DNA of 64,000 nt, from contig JAZQUE010000074.1 of NCBI GenBank assembly GCA_045631145.1, forward strand, positions 3,065 through 67,064, in the 5' to 3' direction. Below, one piece after another: positions 57,135 to 64,000 of the stretch. Numbering within the stretch: the first letter of the stretch is position 1; every line of letters begins with the position of its first letter. This DNA comes from Eubacteriales bacterium (GTDB taxonomy: Bacteria > Bacillota > Clostridia > Oscillospirales > SIG627). The position numbers and the translations under genes are program-made. The notes beneath the pieces were generated by a model. That model was not told the DNA's origin. It ran no database searches and saw only the letters and a list, made by a program, of their open reading frames with translations.

Positions 57135-57445
57135 TTCTGTTCCTCCTCTTCGATTTCGTTAATAACTTCGGCTGCAACCTTGCAGAATTTTTTCATCATA
57201 GATTCAGCGGCTAATTCCTTACAGGCTCTGCGAATGAGCTTTGGCAAATCAGGGCAATCTTTGAATGCTCCTTTCAACATTGCAACGATGTGCTCTCCTG
57301 AACCCGCTAACCCCGCTGATAATGAATACTGCTTGTGGGTTTCATCTGTTCCTGTCAGCTCTGTTGTCAGTACGATAATTGCTCTCTTGTCGTTGTCAGC
57401 TTCCTGCCATTTGGCGAGGTTTTCAATAAGTTCTTTACGTTCCAT
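57131..57445 (-). CDS. hypothetical protein (104 aa)
   Basis: ATGA-type overlap with the YqaJ gene. Confidence 0.55.
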   Translation of the reverse strand: MERKELIENLAKWQEADNDKRAIIVLTTELTGTDETHKQYSLSAGLAGSGEHIVAMLKGAFKDCPDLPKLIRRACKELAAESMMKKFCKVAAEVINEIEEEEQK

Positions 57446-57503
57446 ATTATCTGTTTTTTACGGTTATGAAATATGGGAGAGCCGAAGCCCTCCCGATGAT
57501 ACT

Positions 57504-58079
57504 TTATGCGTCCTTGCGGGTTAGGAGATAGTCAGCCCAAATGCCGATGAACTGCTTGCCGCAGTACGTGGCGAGTTCGGGGGTTTTCAAGCAAAGGCGA
57601 GAGCCGACGCTCGCAAACGTATACGAGGGCACGAGATTCGAGTACGCAAAGGCGAAGCCAGCATAGTCTGTAACATAGTCGCCTGTGTTCATCATACGAC
57701 GGTCGTTCTTCTCGTCCTCGTCCATATCCTCAATTTCCTGTTCGGTGTAGAGCCAAAACCAAGGATAATAACGCCATTCCTCCGTTGTGAACTGTGGCTT
57801 CCAACCCTCATTCAACGCCTGTACGATGATACGGAGCTTGAAATATGCGAGGATATCAGGCTCAACATCAGAGTAACCGTCCTCCCAACCCTCGGGGTCG
57901 TTTATGCCTACCGCCTTTGCTGCGTCGGCAAACGTCTTGATACGTTCTGTTACAGGGCGATTATCCGCTGTCTGTGGGGTTTCAAACTGTGCTTCGGGGA
58001 AAAGAGCTTGAAGCATTTTTTTACCGCTGTCGTCGGCTGTATTATAAGCCGCAACGAGATTTTCTTTCTTGATTTCCAT
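57504..58079 (-). CDS. putative second DGR variable protein (191 aa) with internal VR
   Basis: GFAFAYSNLVPSYTFASVGSRLCLKTPELATYCGKQF; nucleotide match to TR with adenine-restricted differences. Confidence 0.75.
   Translation of the reverse strand: MEIKKENLVAAYNTADDSGKKMLQALFPEAQFETPQTADNRPVTERIKTFADAAKAVGINDPEGWEDGYSDVEPDILAYFKLRIIVQALNEGWKPQFTTEEWRYYPWFWLYTEQEIEDMDEDEKNDRRMMNTGDYVTDYAGFAFAYSNLVPSYTFASVGSRLCLKTPELATYCGKQFIGIWADYLLTRKDA
57591..57665 (-). repeat. DGR variable repeat 2 (VR2) incl. IMH-like 3' end
   Basis: Over TR 22234-22301 / VR2 57598-57665: 12 mismatches, all at TR adenines (coding orientation); GCAAAGGCGAGAGCCGA shared with VR1. Confidence 0.85.
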
Positions 58080-58100
58080 TTTGTTGCTGATTATGGGTTA

Positions 58101-58982
58101 TTACTTTTGATTGTCGATGATTTCGCCCGTTTCGGGGTTCACGTTGGCGGGAACATTGCCTGTTGCCTGTGCAATAGCCTTTGTCGCCTTATCCTGTGCC
58201 GAGGTCGTTTTCTTCTTCGCTTCGGCTTCCTTTTTGGCTTCAAGGGCGGGTTTCACGAAACATTCCTGTACGGTTGTCGTTCCCTCCTTAATGGCGTTCC
58301 AAGTGGCTCTCAATTCAAAGAGGGCTTCCTTGTCGATGTCCGCTACACTGTTCTTGCCGAGATACTCCAAGAGCATTTTTTCTGTTACGCCTGATTTAGC
58401 GAAATTGGCGATACAGTTCTGACGGGCTGTCTCGATGTCGATTGCCTGTCCGAGGGCGACCTGTTTAACGTCGTTGATAACACGCTTTGTCACAGCCTTT
58501 GGGATAACAGCCAACACGGCGTTTCGGAAAGCGATTGAAGCGGCGGCGTTGCCTGTAACAACCTGCATATCCTCGCTGTACGTTCTTCCGTTCTTGTCAG
58601 TGATACGGCGTTTCACTTCCTTGCTTACGGCGAAGTTGGTTTCAAGGTCGTGGCAGATAGCCTGTGCGGTTATCATTCGTCCGTCGTTGCCGATGATACG
58701 GGTTTGCACTCGGAGGTTACCCCAAGCCCCTGCGATGATTTCAGCCATACGAACCGATAAGCCCTCAATGACACTGTCCTGTCCGTTCTGTCCCTTGCGG
58801 CGGAGAACATAAAAACAGTCCTCGGCGGTTTCCCTATCCATAGTGGCGTAGGTTGCAATCTTATTCAGAGTTGCGTTCAGATCACGTGGATACTGCTTTG
58901 CGGTCGAGATTTGAATGTCCACTTCCGCACGGTTGATTGCTTGCAGCATATCAGCCTGTTTGATTTCGATAATGTCGTTCAT
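58101..58982 (-). CDS. putative recombination partner/annealase-like protein
   Basis: Adjacent module to YqaJ nuclease; MNDIIEIKQADMLQAINRAEVDIQISTAKQYPRDLN...; family not recognised with certainty. Confidence 0.5.
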   Translation of the reverse strand: MNDIIEIKQADMLQAINRAEVDIQISTAKQYPRDLNATLNKIATYATMDRETAEDCFYVLRRKGQNGQDSVIEGLSVRMAEIIAGAWGNLRVQTRIIGNDGRMITAQAICHDLETNFAVSKEVKRRITDKNGRTYSEDMQVVTGNAAASIAFRNAVLAVIPKAVTKRVINDVKQVALGQAIDIETARQNCIANFAKSGVTEKMLLEYLGKNSVADIDKEALFELRATWNAIKEGTTTVQECFVKPALEAKKEAEAKKKTTSAQDKATKAIAQATGNVPANVNPETGEIIDNQK

Positions 58983-58989
58983 ACTGTTA

Positions 58990-59241
58990 TTATTGATTAT
59001 TGCCCTCTGACAGCTTCGGGCTTTGCTTTTCGTGATAGTAAACTTTGTATTTTCGTCCGTCGGGAGCAACCTCCCAATAGTCCTTGATGTGGAAGCCCTC
59101 GTCACGGAGCGTTGAAATAATCTTTCGGAAATCAATGGTGTGTCCGATTTGGTTGCCTGTGTACGTTGTCAGGCGTTCGCCCCTTTCAAGTGCCGCCCTG
59201 ATGAGCTGCTTAGGCGATGTTTGCGGGTTCTGATTTCGCAT
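58990..59241 (-). CDS. small helix-turn-helix-like protein
   Basis: GERLTTYTGNQIGHTIDFRKIISTLRDEGFHIKDYW. Confidence 0.5.
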   Translation of the reverse strand: MRNQNPQTSPKQLIRAALERGERLTTYTGNQIGHTIDFRKIISTLRDEGFHIKDYWEVAPDGRKYKVYYHEKQSPKLSEGNNQ

Positions 59242-59246
59242 AGCTG

Positions 59247-59540
59247 TTACTTTTTATGAGTTGATACATAGGTCGAAGCCTTGCTTCTTATTTCCTTGTC
59301 TGTTTTTACCTCCCGTTCCAACATCCACTCCTCGAGTTCCTGTTTCTTGAAATAGAGTTTGCGGTTCTTCTTGTAGTGGGGGATTTGTCGCTTGCTTGTC
59401 AGGTTATACAGGTGGCTCTCGCTGTAGCCTGTGAACACTGCCGCTTCGGAGAGGTCGAGGACGGTTTTTGAACCTATCATCGCCAACTGCTCGATACGGT
59501 CGAGCTTGTCGTTCATTTCTTGAATTGCCTCGTTGCTCAT
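59247..59540 (-). CDS. excisionase/MerR-like helix-turn-helix DNA-binding protein
   Basis: DLSEAAVFTGYSESHLYNLTSKRQIPHYKKNRKLYFKKQELEEWML. Confidence 0.75.
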   Translation of the reverse strand: MSNEAIQEMNDKLDRIEQLAMIGSKTVLDLSEAAVFTGYSESHLYNLTSKRQIPHYKKNRKLYFKKQELEEWMLEREVKTDKEIRSKASTYVSTHKK

Positions 59541-59779
59541 ACCTCGTCCTCCTCAATGTCTTTTTTTACACGTTCAGGGAGCAAGTCTTCTGCATACAGC
59601 TTCTTGGCTATGAGATAGCAGATATACAACACGAAGCCCGCCGCAAGTTTCCATAGGAAGAATTGCTCCAAAGGCATTTCGTCACTTTCGCCGCAGAACA
59701 CCATAAATGCGATTGCCCCGACTGTCAGGAGTATTGCGAACAATACCCATTTCCCGATTTCCTTACAGATTGTTTTCAT
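59537..59779 (-). CDS. small membrane protein
   Basis: Two hydrophobic segments. Confidence 0.45.
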   Translation of the reverse strand: MKTICKEIGKWVLFAILLTVGAIAFMVFCGESDEMPLEQFFLWKLAAGFVLYICYLIAKKLYAEDLLPERVKKDIEEDEV

Positions 59780-60092
59780 ATTCCAACTGATTTAGTCCGA
59801 TTTTGATAATCTCTTGATACTTTTGCAAGAGGCGTATTAGCCGCCTGTTTTCAGAGTTGAGTGTCCTGTTCGCCTGTTCCAACGCCTTGATGTAGCGTTC
59901 GTCCGTATGTCCGTTCCGTTGAACAGTCACCGTTACCGTTTCAAGGTTGGGGAGGAGTTCTTCGGTTATGGAAACCGTTACCTCGACCTTTCCTTTCCGT
60001 TTCGCTGCCTTGCGTTCCCAATAGCCGTCCTGATACTTTTTGTTGTACAGATACTTCTCGTGGGCGGCTTCAGGGCTCAACCTCTTGCTCAT
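59763..60092 (-). CDS. hypothetical protein (109 aa)
   Basis: ORF in early operon with short overlaps. Confidence 0.45.
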   Translation of the reverse strand: MSKRLSPEAAHEKYLYNKKYQDGYWERKAAKRKGKVEVTVSITEELLPNLETVTVTVQRNGHTDERYIKALEQANRTLNSENRRLIRLLQKYQEIIKIGLNQLEYENNL

Positions 60093-60325
60093 GCTGTTGC
60101 CTCCTCTCGTTTTAATCGTTCCTCAACCCGCTTGCGGATTGTGTAGATAGTTCCCTCGGAGTTGATACCGTACTTCTTCATCAGGTGCTGATTTACTACG
60201 GTCTTGCTTTGCTCCTTGTCAGCAGTGAGTTCGTTGTACTCATTGTAAATAGCCAAGTCACGTTCCTGTCGTGCCATTTGGCAATCTGTCATTTTTGGAA
60301 TCACCTCTTTCATTTTTATTTTCAA
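60089..60325 (-). CDS. hypothetical protein (78 aa), first gene of leftward early operon
   Basis: ATGA overlap with next gene; divergent to repressor. Confidence 0.5.
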   Translation of the reverse strand: MKIKMKEVIPKMTDCQMARQERDLAIYNEYNELTADKEQSKTVVNQHLMKKYGINSEGTIYTIRKRVEERLKREEATA

Positions 60326-60366
60326 TTTTACTTATTGGTTTATTTCCGATTTTATTTCCTTTTTCG

Positions 60367-60442
60367 TATCTTTGTTGCGATATTAAATTGTATCACGGTG
60401 CAAATATAAACAAAGTTTCGATTATAGAAACAGAAATCGAAA
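60367..60442. promoter_or_regulatory. divergent control region: TATCTTTG (+), TATATTTG (-) and operator-like dyad TTTCGATT-N11-AATCGAAA
   Basis: -7 like boxes at 60367-60374 (+) and 60401-60408 (-); dyad 60416-60442. Confidence 0.5.
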
Positions 60443-60471
60443 CAAAATTTCGCTCCAAAAATTAAAATAAT

Positions 60472-60900
60472 TTGTATATGACTGAAAATCAGCGTATTAA
60501 AAAGGCGATAAATTGGTTAATATTTCAAGGTGTCGCAGAAAGCGAAAAAGAGCTTGCAGACCTGTTAGGATATACCAAATCCTCATTTTCGCAGATTGTG
60601 AACGGAAAAGTCCCCTTGTCGGAAAAGTTTGTAAAAAAGCTCTGTGGGCTTGATGAAAATATAAACGAAGTTTGGATTTTACGAGGAGAGGGAGATTTGC
60701 TCAAAAATAACCCGAACGGTTTACAGACGGTTGAAATCTCCCGTGAGGCTTGGAGAATTATACAGTTACAGGCGGAAAGTCTCGCCGCCCGTGATAAACA
60801 GATTGACGAGCTTGTCGGATTGCTGAAAGAACAGCTCCGTGAACAGAAAAAAACAGTTGCCCCGACGGACGGAGCTGCAACCTCTGCCGTTGCAGGGTAA
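60472..60900 (+). CDS. HTH repressor-like protein
   Basis: ESEKELADLLGYTKSSFSQIVNGKVPLSEKFVKKLCGLDENINEVWILRGEGDLL. Confidence 0.75.
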   Translation: MYMTENQRIKKAINWLIFQGVAESEKELADLLGYTKSSFSQIVNGKVPLSEKFVKKLCGLDENINEVWILRGEGDLLKNNPNGLQTVEISREAWRIIQLQAESLAARDKQIDELVGLLKEQLREQKKTVAPTDGAATSAVAG

Positions 60901-60930
60901 CGCTGTTCGGGAAAACCCCATTATATTGAT

Positions 60931-61413
60931 GTGCCTATGAAAGACAGGTTACAGATGATTATCGATTATAAGACAGGCGGGAAGCAGACCGCATTTGCCA
61001 AACAGCTGGGGTGGACTCCTCAATACCTTGCTAAATTACTGCGAGGAGAGAACTTCGGCATTCAGCCTGTTATTACTTTGCTATCCTCGTTCCCCGAGAT
61101 TGACGCACGTTGGCTGTTGCTCGGAGAGGGGAAGATGTTAGCCAATGAAGCGTACACGGGTATTCGTCAGGGAATGTACGCCCACATACAGGACATTCTC
61201 GAATTGGAAAAATATCTGCCGTATATGCAGCCGAATGAACTACACGAGTTTGAACAGGCTGTGATTACAGGCAAAATCCCTGTTTTTAGCCCCGACACGC
61301 TTTCCAAATGGCAAAGACAGGCAAGCGAACGAGAAAATGAAATAAATGTAAAATTCGCCGTTGCGGGCGGTAAATCAGATATGTTATGCAAACAGCAGAC
61401 AGCCAAAAAGTGA
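60931..61413 (+). CDS. HTH repressor-like protein
   Basis: GGKQTAFAKQLGWTPQYLAKLLRGENFGIQPVITLLSSFPEIDARWLLLGEGKML. Confidence 0.65.
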   Translation: MPMKDRLQMIIDYKTGGKQTAFAKQLGWTPQYLAKLLRGENFGIQPVITLLSSFPEIDARWLLLGEGKMLANEAYTGIRQGMYAHIQDILELEKYLPYMQPNELHEFEQAVITGKIPVFSPDTLSKWQRQASERENEINVKFAVAGGKSDMLCKQQTAKK

Positions 61414-61655
61414 TTAAGAGGTTTTTCGAGGCAATATACGCCCTGAAAGCTGCGGGAACGATAAGAGGGAAACAAACCTTTACCAATCAGTACGAGATAA
61501 ACCGTTGGAATTTCAACACCCTTGAAAAAGAACCCGAACGGGATATTTTTCAGACAGCTTGGCTGACATATCTTGTGCGTGATTACGGAGTGTCGGCGAC
61601 TTGGCTTCTGACAGGTGTCGGAGATATGTTTGCAAAGAAAAACGGGGCGAAATAA
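61386..61655 (+). CDS. HTH repressor-like small protein
   Basis: ends SATWLLTGVGDMFAKK, like the two preceding proteins. Confidence 0.5.
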   Translation: MQTADSQKVIKRFFEAIYALKAAGTIRGKQTFTNQYEINRWNFNTLEKEPERDIFQTAWLTYLVRDYGVSATWLLTGVGDMFAKKNGAK

Positions 61656-61665
61656 GCCCCGTTCG

Positions 61666-62880
61666 TCATTTCTTATCATTGCCTCCATTCAGATCAGGGA
61701 GGATTGTCGGTATTTTCTGCACCGCCGCCTGTTTGTTCTTGTCAAGGACTTTGGCGTATATCTGCGTTGTGGATAGCTCTCGGTGTCCGAGCAGTTTGCT
61801 GACAGTATAGATGTCTGTCCCCAAATCCAACATCATAACGGCAAACGTGTGCCGTCCACAATGGAACGAAATCTTCTTGTCGATACCTGCCCGCAGAACC
61901 CAATTCTGAATAGCCTTGTTGGTACAGTCAGGCGTATAGAGGTCATAGAACACGAGGTCGTCCGACTTGCCACGTTCGCCCATAAACTCAAGAGCCTGTG
62001 GTGTGATGTCGAGATATTCCTGTCCCTGTGTTTTCTTCTGTCGGAAGATGATACGGGTAAATTCCCCCTGTTGATGAACATCGCCCCAACGTAACCGCAC
62101 AACGTCGCTCCGACGCAGTCCTGTCAAGCAAGAGAACAGGAACGCCCGTTTCACACCCGCATACTCACATTCAGTATCGACGAGCTTTCGGAGTTCTTCA
62201 AGTGTCAGGTACATACGTGTTCCCTCCTCAGCCTTGAAGTTCTCCACGCCTCGACAGGGGTTGGTAGGAATTATCCTGTCCTCGAACGCCTGATTTAGAC
62301 AGGCTCGCAGCTTGTTGAAATACGAGAGCTTCGAGTTTCGGGACAGCGGCTTTTCCTTGACACGTTCCCTCTTGTCGTGAGCCCAAGCAATCGCCTTGTT
62401 GTCGAGGTAGTCTTTGAAGCCCTGAACCCATTCGGGCGTAATCTCCGCAAAGGTTATTTTCTCCCGTTTCTCATAAATGCGTAGGTGGTGCAGGCAGGAA
62501 TACCAATTCCCCCAATTACCTCGGCTCTCGGGTGTACCAAGTCGCTTTTCGCACATCATATTGTAATAATCGAAAAACAGGGTGTCAGTCGGGTATTCCG
62601 ACTTGAAACCAAACTCGCCGTTACGAAGCTCTACAATTCGTTTCGCCTTGATAGCTTCTGCGAGTTGCAGGGTTTCTTGGTTCTTCGCCTTGTCGGCTCT
62701 TGTACGCTCGGGAATGAGGTACATTTTCAGATACTCGTATGAACGCTGTCCGTTCAGGTAAATGTCGAGGTACAGAGATATGTTCCCCGTTGGTGTTTTC
62801 CGCTTTCGTAGGCGGATAGGTTCTTTAGATGTTCCCATTGATTTTGTTGCTTTTGTTGTCCGTAACCATTCGAGCAACAA
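61666..62880 (-). CDS. tyrosine recombinase/integrase
   Basis: FLFSCLTGLRRSDVVRLRWGDV, FHCGRHTFAVMMLDLGTDIYTVSKLLGHRELSTTQIYAKV. Confidence 0.92.
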   Translation of the reverse strand: MLLEWLRTTKATKSMGTSKEPIRLRKRKTPTGNISLYLDIYLNGQRSYEYLKMYLIPERTRADKAKNQETLQLAEAIKAKRIVELRNGEFGFKSEYPTDTLFFDYYNMMCEKRLGTPESRGNWGNWYSCLHHLRIYEKREKITFAEITPEWVQGFKDYLDNKAIAWAHDKRERVKEKPLSRNSKLSYFNKLRACLNQAFEDRIIPTNPCRGVENFKAEEGTRMYLTLEELRKLVDTECEYAGVKRAFLFSCLTGLRRSDVVRLRWGDVHQQGEFTRIIFRQKKTQGQEYLDITPQALEFMGERGKSDDLVFYDLYTPDCTNKAIQNWVLRAGIDKKISFHCGRHTFAVMMLDLGTDIYTVSKLLGHRELSTTQIYAKVLDKNKQAAVQKIPTILPDLNGGNDKK

Positions 62881-62939
62881 AAGTACAACAAAATTGTAAT
62901 AACCTCCAAGTAACTTAAAACAAATTTCATCAAAAATAA

Positions 62940-62971
62940 AAGCGGCGTAAACCGTTGTGATTTAGCCGCTT
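62940..62971 (-). terminator. phage-borne terminator now serving mnmE and/or blocking readthrough
   Basis: Minus strand AAGCGGC-N18-GCCGCTT followed by TTATTTTT. Confidence 0.6.
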
Positions 62972-63025
62972 ATTTGTTATTAGTTACTCCCAATTTACTT
63001 TGAGTTACTATGTCTATTTTGTTGA

Positions 63026-63043
63026 TTATTTCCCGATGCAAAA
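63026..63043. repeat. putative right prophage attachment site within the mnmE 3' end
   Basis: TTATTTCCCGATGCAAAA, 17/18 to 12497-12514. Confidence 0.8.
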
Positions 63044-64000
63044 ATGCTTAAAAATATTCCCCAAAACATCTTCCACATCAAAAGCACCACCCACAATTTC
63101 AGCCAAATGTGACAAACACTCGCGTAAGTCTTGCGAAACGAAATCGCCGGAGAGGTTCATCAGCAATCCGTCCTGTACACGATGGATGGATTCTAAAGCA
63201 CGCACCAAGGCTTCGTAATGGCGTATGTTGGTGACAATCACATCGTTCTGAGAAATCTCGGGGAGGGCAGCGGTTTCTATCAAGAGGGCTTCCAGCTCGT
63301 CCAGTCCCTTGCGGTTCTTGGCTGAAAGGAAGAGCTTGGGGGCATCCACTTCTTGGAATGATTCATTCAACTCTTCACATCTTTCCGAAGAAACTTTGTC
63401 GCATTTGTTGAACAGAACGATGAGATTCTTTCCTTCGCAATGGGGGAGGATTTCGCTCTTCAAGGCTTCCCAATCCACTTCGCTATCCGAGTCAATCATC
63501 CAGAGCACGATGTCAGCTTGGCTCATCTTCTGGAAGGTGCGCTCGATGCCGATGCTTTCCACCACATCGGTGGTCTGACGGATACCGGCTGTATCGATGA
63601 AACGGAAGGTGATGCCACGAAGGTTAATGGTATCTTCGATCACGTCGCGGGTGGTACCGTGGATATCGCTTACGATGGCTTTTTCTTCGTTCAGAAGGGC
63701 GTTGAGAAGGGTAGACTTACCGGCATTCGTTTCGCCGATAATGGCCACAGGAACCCCGTTCTTGATCGCATTCCCCACATTGAATGAATGGGCCAATCGG
63801 GCGATGACGCGTTCGATTTCATCGGCTATCTGCGAAAGTTCGGTACGGTCGGCAAACTCCAGTTCCTCGTGGTCGCTGAAGTCGAGTTCGAGTTCCATTA
63901 AAGACGTGAGGTGCAATAACTTGTCGCGCAATAGTGACAACTCCTTGCTGAATCCGCCACGCATCTGGTTCATGGCCATCCGGTGGGTTGCTGTTGAGGT
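63026..64000 (-). CDS. mnmE: tRNA modification GTPase MnmE (5' end beyond window)
   Basis: AMNQMRGGFSKEL; IIGETNAGKSTLLNALLNEEKAIVSDIHGTTRDVIED; DTAGIRQTTDVVESIGIERT; C-terminus CIGK. Confidence 0.95.
   Translation of the reverse strand, partial: TSTATHRMAMNQMRGGFSKELSLLRDKLLHLTSLMELELDFSDHEELEFADRTELSQIADEIERVIARLAHSFNVGNAIKNGVPVAIIGETNAGKSTLLNALLNEEKAIVSDIHGTTRDVIEDTINLRGITFRFIDTAGIRQTTDVVESIGIERTFQKMSQADIVLWMIDSDSEVDWEALKSEILPHCEGKNLIVLFNKCDKVSSERCEELNESFQEVDAPKLFLSAKNRKGLDELEALLIETAALPEISQNDVIVTNIRHYEALVRALESIHRVQDGLLMNLSGDFVSQDLRECLSHLAEIVGGAFDVEDVLGNIFKHFCIGK

Larger units (their letters stand above)
12497..63043. mobile_element. integrated siphovirus-like prophage (~50.5 kb) inserted at the 3' end of mnmE
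   Basis: Flanking att-like repeats, integrase adjacent to one end, full set of terminase/portal/capsid/tail/lysis/replication/repressor genes. Confidence 0.88.

Noticed and set aside
1-64000. CRISPR array
   Set aside because: No regularly spaced direct repeats with unique spacers seen; the repeats found are DGR, iteron-like, att or operator-like

Overview
Bacteroidales (Bacteroides/Parabacteroides-like) chromosomal window. (1) 1-11,496: tightly packed + strand operon with DISARM-like genes: a NERD-domain/UvrD-like helicase, an 802-aa unknown (DrmE-like only by size and position), a DrmA-like helicase and a DrmB-like DUF1998 protein, plus two uncharacterised upstream genes. No methyltransferase or PLD nuclease gene is visible in the window. 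It is followed by a 36-nt near-perfect dyad and a truncated IS21-type IstA. (2) ~12,497-63,043: a ~50.5-kb temperate siphovirus-like prophage integrated in the 3' end of mnmE. An 18-bp repeat (17/18 identical) flanks it, and both copies encode the same MnmE tail (FCIGK-stop). The prophage carries terminase, portal, capsid, tail, lysis, replication, recombination and repressor/integrase modules. Accessory content: an HsdR-N-type gene with a potentially structured leader; a diversity-generating retroelement (DGR) with an adjacent VR1 target and a second putative VR2 target 35 kb away inside a gene of the recombination module; a homopolymer frameshift in the DGR RT; a predicted -1 frameshift tail-chaperone pair; a tRNA-Met(CAT)-like gene; a MuF head protein fused to an ADP-ribosyltransferase-like toxin domain; an overlapping metK / ParB-methyltransferase / speD-like cassette; and a recurring GATTAT-N3-ATAATC dyad next to putative promoters. 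(3) 63,026-64,000: 3' part of mnmE. All functional calls are from motif reading of translated ORFs; no database search was run.
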